NCBI GenBank assembly: GCA_016781505.1
Contig: JADDQF010000064.1
Coordinates: 3,292 to 67,291 of the forward strand
Direction: 5' to 3'
DNA: 64,000 bases
Origin: a bacterium
Lineage (GTDB): Bacteria; Chloroflexota; Chloroflexia; Chloroflexales; Kallotenuaceae
The notes beneath the pieces are model-generated. The model worked only from the letters and a program-made list of their open reading frames with translations, had not been told where the DNA came from and did not search any database. Below are positions 47,161 through 56,788 of the stretch, in pieces (positions within the stretch are counted from its first letter, which is position 1; every line of letters starts with the position of its first letter). Made by a program: the position numbers and the translations under genes.

Positions 47161-48423
47161 ATGCCTTCTTACGGTCAACTATCTCCCGAAGAGTTATATA
47201 CACAAGGGCTACAACAATTTAACCGCGCGGATTGGCGTGGCGCAATAGCATCGTTTACTCAGCTACAAGCAATCAGCGATCAATATCCCGACGTCGACGC
47301 GCTGCTGGCGGATGCGCAGCTGAAGCTGCAGTTCGAAGGCGCCGCTCAACCAGGCGCGCTGCCGCCACCACGTCGGTCGTTGTTGGTGCCGTTGCTGGCG
47401 GTCTTCGCCCTGTTGTCGGTTGCCGGGGGAGCGTTTGGCTTTTATTACGTGTACGCCTCGCCGCCGCCGCCGGTTGTGGCGCTCGCTACCAGCACGCCCA
47501 CTCCGTCGCCACCGCCTACCGCGAACCCGCGCCCGGTTGTGCCCACAACCGCGCCGACGCCGGAGCCGACTGAGGCGCCCATTATTCCGGCCACGGTGCT
47601 GATCACCACCGAAGGTACCTTTGTGAATACGCCCGCCAACATCGAATTTATTATCGATGCATCCGGCAGTATGTTGGCGAAAATTCAAGGCACGGAGACC
47701 GAGCGCTGGCAGGTGGCGCAAGCAGCGCTGGCCAGCCTGATCAACTCCGATACCATCTCCGACCAGGCCTACACGGTTGTGCGCACCTATGGTCGGCGGC
47801 GTGGTAATGATTGTTCGGATCTGGAAGTTGCTCAGGGCTTGAGCCGGTATAACAAAGAAAGCTTGCTCAACATCATCTCCACGATCAAGCCGGCAGTGGG
47901 CGGGACAACACCCCTGGGCGCGTCGCTGCGGCTCGCGGCAGAGGATCTGCAAGCAGCCGAAGGCAGCACCGTGGTGATCCTGGTAACGGATGGGCTTGAG
48001 TCGTGCAACGGCGATCCGGTTGCCGAAGCGGCAAACTTTGTGGCGGGCACGGACCAACGCAAAGTGCATGTGATCGGCTTTGCACTTAACGATCCAGCCG
48101 CCAGCGCCAATCTGCAGCAGATTGCCGAGCAAGGCAACGGGTTATACTTTGATGCCAACAACGCGGCGCAGCTGGTGGAAGCTTTGCGGCAAACGATCAT
48201 TTTGAGCTATCAGATTTTGGATAGCGAAAACAATCAGGTCGCTTCGGGAACTGTAGGCGGGGAGCAGTTCCAATTGCCGCCGGGCGACTACACGCTCAAA
48301 ATGAACGCCAATCCGCCGCTGGAGCGAGAGTTTACGGTCAAGAACGGCGATAACCTGGTGGTGTCGCTGCGGCAAGGCTTCGGTGGGTTAGTCGCCACTG
48401 TTCAATCGACGCAAGACGACTAA
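47161..48423 (+). CDS. Membrane-anchored vWA domain protein with N-terminal TPR-like hairpin
   Basis: MIDAS DASGS, GTTPLG, ILVTDGLESC. TM followed by a Pro/Thr linker. Confidence 0.85.
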   Translation: MPSYGQLSPEELYTQGLQQFNRADWRGAIASFTQLQAISDQYPDVDALLADAQLKLQFEGAAQPGALPPPRRSLLVPLLAVFALLSVAGGAFGFYYVYASPPPPVVALATSTPTPSPPPTANPRPVVPTTAPTPEPTEAPIIPATVLITTEGTFVNTPANIEFIIDASGSMLAKIQGTETERWQVAQAALASLINSDTISDQAYTVVRTYGRRRGNDCSDLEVAQGLSRYNKESLLNIISTIKPAVGGTTPLGASLRLAAEDLQAAEGSTVVILVTDGLESCNGDPVAEAANFVAGTDQRKVHVIGFALNDPAASANLQQIAEQGNGLYFDANNAAQLVEALRQTIILSYQILDSENNQVASGTVGGEQFQLPPGDYTLKMNANPPLEREFTVKNGDNLVVSLRQGFGGLVATVQSTQDD

Positions 48424-48727
48424 GCGCGGCTACGGAGTGTATGACGGCTGGTGTGCTGCCAGCCGTTGTTTTGTTTAACCATGTGTTTGTGGCGCTGTGG
48501 CTAGCGCAATCACTCCGGTGCTGCGCAGCACAGCACAGCTTCGCCAGCTCCCTGCCTGTTTCCGGTTCATGCCCCAGCCGGCCATTGACCTCCAGGCATT
48601 TTTTGATAGGCCTATTTTCCTGTAGCCAGCCATCAATCGTGGTATGATGGCATGAGGCTATGTACCAATGTGCATCGGCCCAAACGAGCTCGGGTTGTTG
48701 TGAGCAGAACAAGGAGGGAGCCGGCGT

Positions 48728-50473
48728 ATGCGTAACTTATTGCCGCTCATGCCCTACCTGCGTCGCCATCGGCTGCTGATCGGGATCGGGGTATTGGTCG
48801 CGGCACTGAGCGCTGGTTTTAGCACCATTCCCCCCTATTTGCTGGGCCAGGCGGTGGAAGAATTGAATGCAGGCGGCGTGACCACAAGCCTGCTGTTACG
48901 GTACAGCGGCCTGATTTTGGCGGCTGCGGTAATGGATAGTATCTTTAAGTTTGGTATGCGTCGGCTGGTAGGCGGCTCCTCCTACGCGATTGAGTATGAG
49001 CTGCGCAACGATCTGTTCGGTCAATTTCTGCGCCTTGACCAGGGCTTTTATGGCTCCAACCATACCGGCGATCTGATGGCGCGCATGACCAACGACTTGA
49101 GCGCGGTGCGCCAGCTTTTAGGGCCGGGCGTGACCTCCATCGTCAGCTCGGGGCTGACCTTTTTGTTTGTGGGCGTTTTGATGCTGCGGATGGATCTGCA
49201 GCTGGGTCTGCTCGCACTCATCTTGCTGCCGCTGATCAGCGCAACCTTTGTGATCCTGGGCGAGCGGCTGCGGGATCGTTTCCGGCTGGTGCAAGATCAG
49301 TTTGGCCACATTTCAACGCGGGCCCAGGAAAATTTTAGCGGCATTCGTACAATCAAAGCGTATGCGCAGGAGGAGGCCGAGCTCAACGTTTTTGGCGAGG
49401 CGAACCGGGAATACCAAAAGCTCAACCTCAGCTATGTGTTGTTGTCGGCGCTGGTATGGCCTTTGATGACGCTGCTGCTGACGTTGACGGTGGCGCTGGT
49501 GTTGATCGTAGGTGGCCAGGCGGTGGCCACCGGGCGCTTGTCGCTGGGCGATTTTGTGCGCTTCAACGCGTATCTGGGACTGCTGACCTGGCCAATGATT
49601 GCCCTGGGCTGGACGGTCAACCTCCTGCAGCAGGGCAGCGCGTCAATGGCGCGCATCGCGGAAGTGCTGCATCGGCCGCCGACCATTGCAACCGGCCGCG
49701 AAGTGCAGCCCCGCGGCAAGGTGGTCGGTGCGGTCGAGTTTCGCAACGTTGGCGTACGCTACGGCGATACCTGGGTGCTGCGCAACGTTTCGTTGCTGAT
49801 TCCGACCGGCTCGACTACCGCGGTTGTGGGCGCGACCGGGGCCGGCAAGACGACGCTGACGAACTTAATTGCCCGCGTGCAGGACCCGACCGAGGGCCAG
49901 GTGTTGGTGGACGGGCTCGATGTGCGCGAATGGCCGCTGGAAACGCTGCGCAGCGGCATCGGCTACGTGCCGCAGGATACATTTCTGTTTTCGGTGCCGC
50001 TGCATGAGAACGTGACCTTTGGCCGGCCGGATGCCGACGACGCGGCTGTGGATGAAGCGCTGCTGGTTTCGCAGCTGGTGAACGACGTGCCGCAATTCCC
50101 GAGTGGCCTGCGCACCATGATCGGCGAACGGGGTGTGACATTGTCAGGCGGGCAAAAGCAGCGGGCCGCAATCGCGCGGGCGGTATTGCGGGAAGCTGCC
50201 ATCACGGTGTTGGACGACGCCATGTCCAGCGTCGATACCCATACCGCCGCCGAAATTTTGCGCAATTTACGCAAGGTGATGCAAGGGCGCACCAGTATCT
50301 TGATTGCCCAACGGATTGCCACGGTGAAAGATGCGGATCAGATCGTGGTGCTGCATAACGGCGCGATTGTGGAACGCGGAACACACGCCGAGCTGGTTCA
50401 ACTGAACGGGCGCTATGCCGGAATGTACAAGCGGGAGTTGCTGCAGGCCGAGCTGGAGGAGACCGAGCAATAA
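48728..50473 (+). CDS. ABC exporter, permease + ATPase (degenerate-site subunit)
   Basis: Six TMs, GATGAGKT, LSGGQ, Walker B VLDDA, switch IAQR. Confidence 0.93.
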   Translation: MRNLLPLMPYLRRHRLLIGIGVLVAALSAGFSTIPPYLLGQAVEELNAGGVTTSLLLRYSGLILAAAVMDSIFKFGMRRLVGGSSYAIEYELRNDLFGQFLRLDQGFYGSNHTGDLMARMTNDLSAVRQLLGPGVTSIVSSGLTFLFVGVLMLRMDLQLGLLALILLPLISATFVILGERLRDRFRLVQDQFGHISTRAQENFSGIRTIKAYAQEEAELNVFGEANREYQKLNLSYVLLSALVWPLMTLLLTLTVALVLIVGGQAVATGRLSLGDFVRFNAYLGLLTWPMIALGWTVNLLQQGSASMARIAEVLHRPPTIATGREVQPRGKVVGAVEFRNVGVRYGDTWVLRNVSLLIPTGSTTAVVGATGAGKTTLTNLIARVQDPTEGQVLVDGLDVREWPLETLRSGIGYVPQDTFLFSVPLHENVTFGRPDADDAAVDEALLVSQLVNDVPQFPSGLRTMIGERGVTLSGGQKQRAAIARAVLREAAITVLDDAMSSVDTHTAAEILRNLRKVMQGRTSILIAQRIATVKDADQIVVLHNGAIVERGTHAELVQLNGRYAGMYKRELLQAELEETEQ

Positions 50474-50552
50474 GGCTGGGCAGTGGGCAGCTTGGAGCAT
50501 TGAGGGCAAGCGCGTCAGCTGGTTGTGGATTGAATCGCTGACGGGAGCGTTC

Positions 50553-52355
50553 ATGGCCGTTCAATTTGATGAAAACGAAGCGCTGGGCAAAGCTTACGAT
50601 GCGCGCCTGATGCGCCGGCTTTGGACCTTTGTCGATCCATACCGGGGCCGGGTCTTGCTTGCCCTGGCCTTGCTGGTGGGCGAGTCGTTGGCCGCGATCG
50701 CGCCGCCGTATCTGCTACAACAAGCGATCGACGGACCATTGACCGAGGGCCGGCCAAGCGGAGTATGGCTCTACTTTTGGCTGTTTGTGCTGGCCGCCAT
50801 CGCCAGCTTCGGCTTCCGCTATGCGCAGGCCTTTGTGATGCAGACGGTGGGCCAGCAGGTCATGGTTGATCTGCGGAAGCGCATCTTCGGCCATATTCAG
50901 CGCATGAGCCTCGGCTTTTTTGACCGCAATCCCGTCGGCAGCCTGATGACGCGCTTGACCAACGATGTGGATGCGCTGAACGAGTTTTTGACGCAGGCGA
51001 TGGTGTCATTGTTTACGGATATCGCCGTGTTGGGCGCAATCATCGTGACGATGTTTGTGCTCGACTGGCGGCTGGCGCTAATCAGCATGACGGTGCTGCC
51101 GCTGGTGGCGCTGGCGACCATCATCTTTCAACAGTTTATGCGGCGGGCGTACCGGGAGATTCGCAAGCGGCTGGCCAGGATCAACGCGTATCTCAACGAG
51201 CACATCAGCGGCGTGCTGGTGTTGCAGCTGTTCAACCGCGAGCAGCGAGCGCTGGAGCGCTTCGACGAGCTCAATCAGTCGTACCGAGCGGCCAACATTC
51301 AGTCGCTGGTGGCGTTTTCGCTCTTTTTTCCGACCATCGGCTTTTTGGCGGCGCTGGCCACCGCGTTGCTGCTCTACTGGGGTGGGCGGGGCGTACTGGC
51401 CGGCTGGGCTACGCTCGGCATGCTGGTGGCATTTGTGCAGTACACCGAGCGCGCGTTTCAGCCGATCCGCAACCTGGCCGAAAAGTACAATCTGCTGCAA
51501 GCGGCGATGGTATCGGCCGAGCGCGTTTTTGGCATTCTGGACACGCCCGAAGAGGTCAAGGATCGGCCCGAGCCGGTTCGGCTGCCGGACCATGTCAAAG
51601 GCGAGGTCGAGTTTCGCAACGTAGTCTTTGGCTACAATCCAGACGAGCCGGTGCTGCGCAATGTGTCGTTCACCATTCCGGCCGGCCAAGCGGTGGCGGT
51701 AGTGGGCGCGACGGGCGCAGGCAAAACCTCGCTGATCTCGCTGCTGGCGCGCTTCTACGATATCCAGCAGGGCAGTATTTTGCTGGACGGCATCGATATC
51801 CGGGATGTAGCGCAGGCTGACCTACGGCGGCACGTAGCCGCCGTGCCGCAGGACCCGGTCTGCTTTTCGGGCACAATCTCGTCCAATATCCGGCTGCACG
51901 CCGAGCATATCAGCGATACCGATATCCGGCGGGCCGCCGAAATTGCGAATGCCGCGCCGTTTATCGAACGGCTGCCGGGACAGTACGAGTATGAGGTGCG
52001 CGAGCGAGGCGCGAACTTATCAGTGGGGCAGCGGCAACTGCTGGCCTTTTCGCGGGCGATCGCGTTCAATCCCGAGGTGCTGCTGGTTCTCGACGAGGCG
52101 ACCTCAAGTGTGGACACCGAGACCGAGGCGCTGATCCAGACCAGCCTGGAACGCTTGATCGAAGGCCGCACCAGCATTGTGATCGCGCATCGGCTATCGA
52201 CGATTCGCCACGTGGACCGGATTATCGTACTGCACAAGGGCCAGGTGGTGGAAGACGGCTCGCACGAGGAATTACTGGCGCAGCGGGGCTACTACGCGCG
52301 GCTGTACCAACTGCAGTATGTTGAGCAGCAGGGCACGATTGAGGCGGTGGAGTAG
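50553..52355 (+). CDS. ABC exporter, permease + ATPase (consensus catalytic subunit)
   Basis: GATGAGKT, LSVGQ, VLDEATS, IAHRLST. Partner of the upstream gene. Confidence 0.93.
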   Translation: MAVQFDENEALGKAYDARLMRRLWTFVDPYRGRVLLALALLVGESLAAIAPPYLLQQAIDGPLTEGRPSGVWLYFWLFVLAAIASFGFRYAQAFVMQTVGQQVMVDLRKRIFGHIQRMSLGFFDRNPVGSLMTRLTNDVDALNEFLTQAMVSLFTDIAVLGAIIVTMFVLDWRLALISMTVLPLVALATIIFQQFMRRAYREIRKRLARINAYLNEHISGVLVLQLFNREQRALERFDELNQSYRAANIQSLVAFSLFFPTIGFLAALATALLLYWGGRGVLAGWATLGMLVAFVQYTERAFQPIRNLAEKYNLLQAAMVSAERVFGILDTPEEVKDRPEPVRLPDHVKGEVEFRNVVFGYNPDEPVLRNVSFTIPAGQAVAVVGATGAGKTSLISLLARFYDIQQGSILLDGIDIRDVAQADLRRHVAAVPQDPVCFSGTISSNIRLHAEHISDTDIRRAAEIANAAPFIERLPGQYEYEVRERGANLSVGQRQLLAFSRAIAFNPEVLLVLDEATSSVDTETEALIQTSLERLIEGRTSIVIAHRLSTIRHVDRIIVLHKGQVVEDGSHEELLAQRGYYARLYQLQYVEQQGTIEAVE

Positions 52356-52410
52356 CCGGGCGCTGCGCCACCTGGAAGAGTGTTTGGGACGGCAAAGATG
52401 CCGTCGCTGC

Positions 52411-53280
52411 TTATTTTTGACGGATACGGCTTTGGGGTACCTGGAAGGTGTAGGTCTCGCCGTGGCTCAGGTAGCGGACGCGATCTTCCAGGCCAGCCTC
52501 CCGCACGGAGCGCTGAAAATCGGACAAAGGCGACTTGAAAACGGTGTAATCGTTGTAGTGGATCGGGATAGCCAGGGTGGGATTGATGATCCTGATCGCT
52601 TCCACACCCTGCTTGTCGTCCATGGTGACCAGAATGCCCAGGGCGCGCGTACCGCCGAGGTGCAGCAGGGCTAGGTCGATGTTGGGATAGCGCTTCGGAA
52701 TCTGTTTGAGCTTGCGGTGGATCAGCGTATCGCCGGTGATATAGAGCCGCAGCAATGGAGCGCCGTTGGTTGTCTCGAAGTCGAGCACGCTGCCCATGAC
52801 CGGCGGCAAGAGCCGGGAGATGATGCCGGGACCGTGTTCGCCCGGCATCGACGTGACGCGCAGCCGGACCGAGCCCTTGACGAATGTTTGGGATTCCCAG
52901 GTGTTGACGGGATAGGTTGCCTGGAAGCCCTGCTTGGTGAGCGCGGCCGCTGCGTGCTTGGTCGTGACAATGGGCAGCCATTTGTCGAGCTTTTGTTCGG
53001 CCACCCGATCAAAATGATCCTCGTGGTAGTGGGACAGGACGACAAGATCGACCGGTGGTAGCTCTTCGATATCAAGGGCCGGATCGGTGAGGCGCTTGGA
53101 GCGCAGGCCATAGCCCAGCCGCACGCGCTCATGGCGATGCAAAAAGTTCGGATCGGTCAGGATCGTGAAGCCGCCGTACCGGATCAACGTTGTGGCCGTG
53201 CCGATGAAGAAGATCGAGCCGAGCTTCAGATCCGGTTTGCCACGCGAAGTCGACAGAATAAGCTCACGCGCTTTGGGCAT
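52411..53280 (-). CDS. MBL-fold metallo-hydrolase (UlaG-like)
   Basis: LTDPNF, LSHYHEDH, YITGDT, AIPIHY. Confidence 0.88.
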   Translation of the reverse strand: MPKARELILSTSRGKPDLKLGSIFFIGTATTLIRYGGFTILTDPNFLHRHERVRLGYGLRSKRLTDPALDIEELPPVDLVVLSHYHEDHFDRVAEQKLDKWLPIVTTKHAAAALTKQGFQATYPVNTWESQTFVKGSVRLRVTSMPGEHGPGIISRLLPPVMGSVLDFETTNGAPLLRLYITGDTLIHRKLKQIPKRYPNIDLALLHLGGTRALGILVTMDDKQGVEAIRIINPTLAIPIHYNDYTVFKSPLSDFQRSVREAGLEDRVRYLSHGETYTFQVPQSRIRQK

Positions 53281-53485
53281 AGTGCATCCTTTCCACGGGC
53301 ACCAGGTGCGCAGGAAGTGTGCCAGAGCCGAGGCGGGTACCCGCTTGCGGGTGAAGCCCCCGGCTACACAGCGGGCGTCCACTGCGGAAGGCAAGGCCCC
53401 CTGCGCGCCACCAGCCTCCCCGCCGCACCCGGCTTCTGTGTGGCGGGGAGGGAGCGGAGCAGGGGTGAGGGCTTGGCGTGTCCCG

Positions 53486-54697
53486 TCAGGGCTGCGTCGA
53501 CTTGGCCTCGGACGTCGTTGTAGCGTCGGTAACTGCCGCAATCACCGGTATCTGCTCGGCAATGGTTGGCGCTTGCTCGTCCTTGCGCTTTTCGGCCCGA
53601 ATGTCTGGCAGCGCATCAGCCGTGATAAAGCCTTTGCGTGCGGCGTGCTCGGCCGCGGCGACGGTATCGGCCACCAGCACCATCTCGACGCCGGTATCGC
53701 GAATTTCCTCGATGATCTTGTTCACGGATGTCTCACGCTCTGCGACCGACACATCACGGATATAGATCGCCCGGATGCGGTCGGGATACTCACGCAAAAC
53801 CTCGCGATAAATTTCCGGATCTTCCTGGCCACTGTCGCCAATCAACACAAACGGCAGATCGGCGTGCGTGTCGAGAATGGTGCGGATCTGCTTAAGCTTG
53901 TGCTCGTGATGGTCGGACTTAATCAGTCGATCTTGTTCCAGGCCGACATCGCGCAGAAACAACGGGCCGATTGGAATGCCGTTGATGTTCAGGAAATCGA
54001 TCAACAGGTCGTACAGGTTCCACGGACTGCTGGACACATAAAAGATCGGATTGTAGCCAGCGCCATCGCCGCCTTTGCGCAGCGCCTGATAAAACGCCGC
54101 CACTCCTTCGAACGGCAGCCGGGTGTGCGGATTATTCAGCACGACGATGCGGGCCATGGTTAGCGGATCGGTCGCTCCGGTAAGCACAATCGTGTCGTCG
54201 ATGTCGCTGATCACGCCAAACTCGGACTTGGGCGGCGGCACCAGCACGTGCCCGACAACACGCTCGCGCCCCTGCGACGCCGGCTTGGGCTCGATCAACG
54301 TGAGCTGAATTTCGTGCCAAACACGCTTGAGCTGCAGGGGCGCAGCGGGCTCGACGACGATATCGAAGTAGCCTTCGTGGTCGGTCTTGGCCTCAAACTG
54401 CTGGTCGCCAAAGCGGACAAGCAACCGTGCGCCCGGGATTTCGTCGCTGTCGAAGCGCCGGTACATGTTGAGCAAATTTTGCCACATGCTGTCGGCATCA
54501 GTGGCGCTCGTAATGCCCTTGTATTCCAGCACTCGTCCTTTGAGAAACAAGCGCTCGGGCGTGCCATGGCCGCGATACGGCTGAATTTGAACAGGATCCA
54601 GCCAGCCACTGCGGACCTTTACCCCAAACTTGATGAGGTCAAAGCGTTTTTCAATGCTGCTGGCGATTTTGGTAAAGCTGTCGAGCCACTCACTCAT
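53486..54697 (-). CDS. App1-family phosphatidate phosphatase-like protein (DUF2183)
   Basis: GVISDIDDT, FYVSSSPWNLY, LIGDSGQEDPEIY, AIYIR. Confidence 0.88.
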   Translation of the reverse strand: MSEWLDSFTKIASSIEKRFDLIKFGVKVRSGWLDPVQIQPYRGHGTPERLFLKGRVLEYKGITSATDADSMWQNLLNMYRRFDSDEIPGARLLVRFGDQQFEAKTDHEGYFDIVVEPAAPLQLKRVWHEIQLTLIEPKPASQGRERVVGHVLVPPPKSEFGVISDIDDTIVLTGATDPLTMARIVVLNNPHTRLPFEGVAAFYQALRKGGDGAGYNPIFYVSSSPWNLYDLLIDFLNINGIPIGPLFLRDVGLEQDRLIKSDHHEHKLKQIRTILDTHADLPFVLIGDSGQEDPEIYREVLREYPDRIRAIYIRDVSVAERETSVNKIIEEIRDTGVEMVLVADTVAAAEHAARKGFITADALPDIRAEKRKDEQAPTIAEQIPVIAAVTDATTTSEAKSTQP

Positions 54698-54789
54698 GCG
54701 GCACTGCTCCTTGCGGGTGAAACCACACTGCCTGGCCTTGCCGTAGTTATAGCTTACCGCAGGCCACAGGTGGAAGCGAAATGGACATG

Positions 54790-56172
54790 TTAGGCAGCCT
54801 GACGTGGCCGCAACATCATACGGATGCCATATTTTGGGCGCAGGGTAACGGTGGGTTCCGGCACCACCGGATGCTGCGGCACAAGCCTGAAATCATAGCG
54901 CTGGGCAAGCGTGGCCAGCAGCAGCTGCGCCTCCATCAGGGCGAAGCTATTGCCAATACAGATGCGAGGGCCGCCGCCAAAGGGAAAGTACGCAAAGCGC
55001 GGTCGTTGCTCGGCGCCGTTCCCAAAGCGCTCAGGAACAAATGCGTTCGGCTTATCCCAGAATTCAGGATGGCGGTGTGTCACATATTGGGACATCACGA
55101 CCGGCGATTTCGCCGGAATATGATAGCCCTGAATATGGTCGTCCACCATGGTCTGCCGCGCAACGGCCCAGGCCGGGGGGTAGAGCCGCAAAACCTCGTC
55201 AACCACCATGCGGGTGTAGGGCAAGCGCGGAAGATCGTCCAGGCCCGGCGTCCGTCCACCCAGCACGCCGGCCAGCTCGTCATGCAGATGCTGCTCGATC
55301 TCGGGGTGATGAGCGAGCAGGTACCAGGCCCAGGGCAGGGTAACGGCAGTTGTCTCGTGACCGGCCAGGATAATCGTTTTTACCTCGTCGCGCAGCTGCT
55401 CGCTGCTCATGCCGACGCCGGTCTCTTCATCGCGGGCGGCCAGCAACATCGACAGCAGGTCGCCGCGATCATCCGGGCCATGCGCTGCGCTCCGGCGGCG
55501 CTCCGCGATGATCCCATCGACCAGCGTATCGATGGTTTGCCGCGCGCGCAGGAAGCGGCGATTATGGGGCGTTGGAATGCGCTCGGGCAACGCCAACGGC
55601 TGCAGCGACCGATAATTAATATGATCCAGCGCAACTGTGACGGCCGCGCCGACTTTGTCGGCTGCGCCACTGATATCGACACTGAAGAGGGCGCGTCCAA
55701 CAATTTGCAGCGTGAGGCGCATCATTTCGTTTGCAACATCCAGGGGCTGACCATGCGCCACCCGCGGCTGCCACTGCTCCGCCAATGTTTCGGCCGCGCC
55801 GGTCATCATGGTGGCCAGACTTTCGAGGCGCTGGCGATGAAAGGCGGGCTGTGCCAGGCGGCGCTGCTTGCGCCAAAAGTCGCCCTCACTGGTTACCAAG
55901 CCATTGCCGACCAGCATTTTGATGTTTTGGATAAACATCCCCTTGGGATACTGCTTGCTCTTCAGCACGCGCTCGATGTCGTCGGGATGGCTGATCAAAA
56001 ACCAGACGAACGAGCCCAACCCGCGAAAGCGCACGACGTCACCGTAGCGCGCGCACATCTCGGGGTAGAAGTGCAGGGGATCGCGCCGCAGATCGGGCAA
56101 ATTGCCAAAGATAAAGTTGCCCGGCGGGCCGGGCGCTCGCCGTTGGGATGGTTGCCGTGTAGCGATGCTCAT
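54790..56172 (-). CDS. Cytochrome P450
   Basis: AGHETT I-helix, EVLR, PERF, heme motif FGGGPRICIG. Confidence 0.96.
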   Translation of the reverse strand: MSIATRQPSQRRAPGPPGNFIFGNLPDLRRDPLHFYPEMCARYGDVVRFRGLGSFVWFLISHPDDIERVLKSKQYPKGMFIQNIKMLVGNGLVTSEGDFWRKQRRLAQPAFHRQRLESLATMMTGAAETLAEQWQPRVAHGQPLDVANEMMRLTLQIVGRALFSVDISGAADKVGAAVTVALDHINYRSLQPLALPERIPTPHNRRFLRARQTIDTLVDGIIAERRRSAAHGPDDRGDLLSMLLAARDEETGVGMSSEQLRDEVKTIILAGHETTAVTLPWAWYLLAHHPEIEQHLHDELAGVLGGRTPGLDDLPRLPYTRMVVDEVLRLYPPAWAVARQTMVDDHIQGYHIPAKSPVVMSQYVTHRHPEFWDKPNAFVPERFGNGAEQRPRFAYFPFGGGPRICIGNSFALMEAQLLLATLAQRYDFRLVPQHPVVPEPTVTLRPKYGIRMMLRPRQAA

Positions 56173-56418
56173 CGGTTACTCCACTGTTGCATCAGCACCT
56201 GGGCTGGGCATCCACCTGCTCGCCTCCACGACTGGTGGTAAGCCCATATTTGCTGGCTTATACACGTACGAGGGAGCCCACTGCAAAGGCGAAGCCACGA
56301 ATTTTGGTTTGCCGGTGCTGTTTCCAAATGGAGACCGCGGATGCTGCACGAAGGCTCTCCGTTGCTGGCGCGCCAACGCCATGCATTACGTTAGCTTGTG
56401 CAGGGCGTCGGCTGAAGA

Positions 56419-56706
56419 TCACAAGCCCTCGACAACGATCATGCGTGAACGGGTGGTTTGCTGGCGCATCTGCTTGGGACCGGCGTATTCCGCGGATGAC
56501 CACCACGCTTTGGCCTGCTCGACGCTGGGAAATTCGAGCACAACCAGGCGCTGGGGTTGCCAATCGCCTTCGAGTACCGTGAGCTCTCCACCCCGCACGA
56601 TGTACTTGCCGCCGTGAGCCGCCACAATTGGCGGTGCGAGCTCGCGGTAGGCGGCGTAGCCTTCGGGATCGGTAACCTCGATCTCAACGATCACATATGC
56701 TGGCAT
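56419..56706 (-). CDS. DUF1330 domain protein
   Basis: AYVIVEIEVTDP..Y, GGKYIVRGG...LEG, VVLEFPS..A..WW.S.EY. GAGAGG RBS. Confidence 0.9.
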   Translation of the reverse strand: MPAYVIVEIEVTDPEGYAAYRELAPPIVAAHGGKYIVRGGELTVLEGDWQPQRLVVLEFPSVEQAKAWWSSAEYAGPKQMRQQTTRSRMIVVEGL

Positions 56707-56788
56707 AAACCCTCTCCTCATGTGAAGCACCGCTGCACTGTGCCAATGGTGTGCAGGGCGCAGCGATTCCGTCGTAGCATTGTTCCAA

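Noticed and set aside
48728..52355. Degenerate Walker B and switch motifs suggesting an inactive ABC gene
   Set aside because: Normal asymmetry of heterodimeric exporters such as BmrCD and TmrAB.
54751..54766. TGGCCT-GCGGT-AAGCT, possible sigma-54 site before the App1 gene
   Set aside because: Spacing fits but the -12 lacks TTGC, and it overlaps a possible sigma-70 -10.
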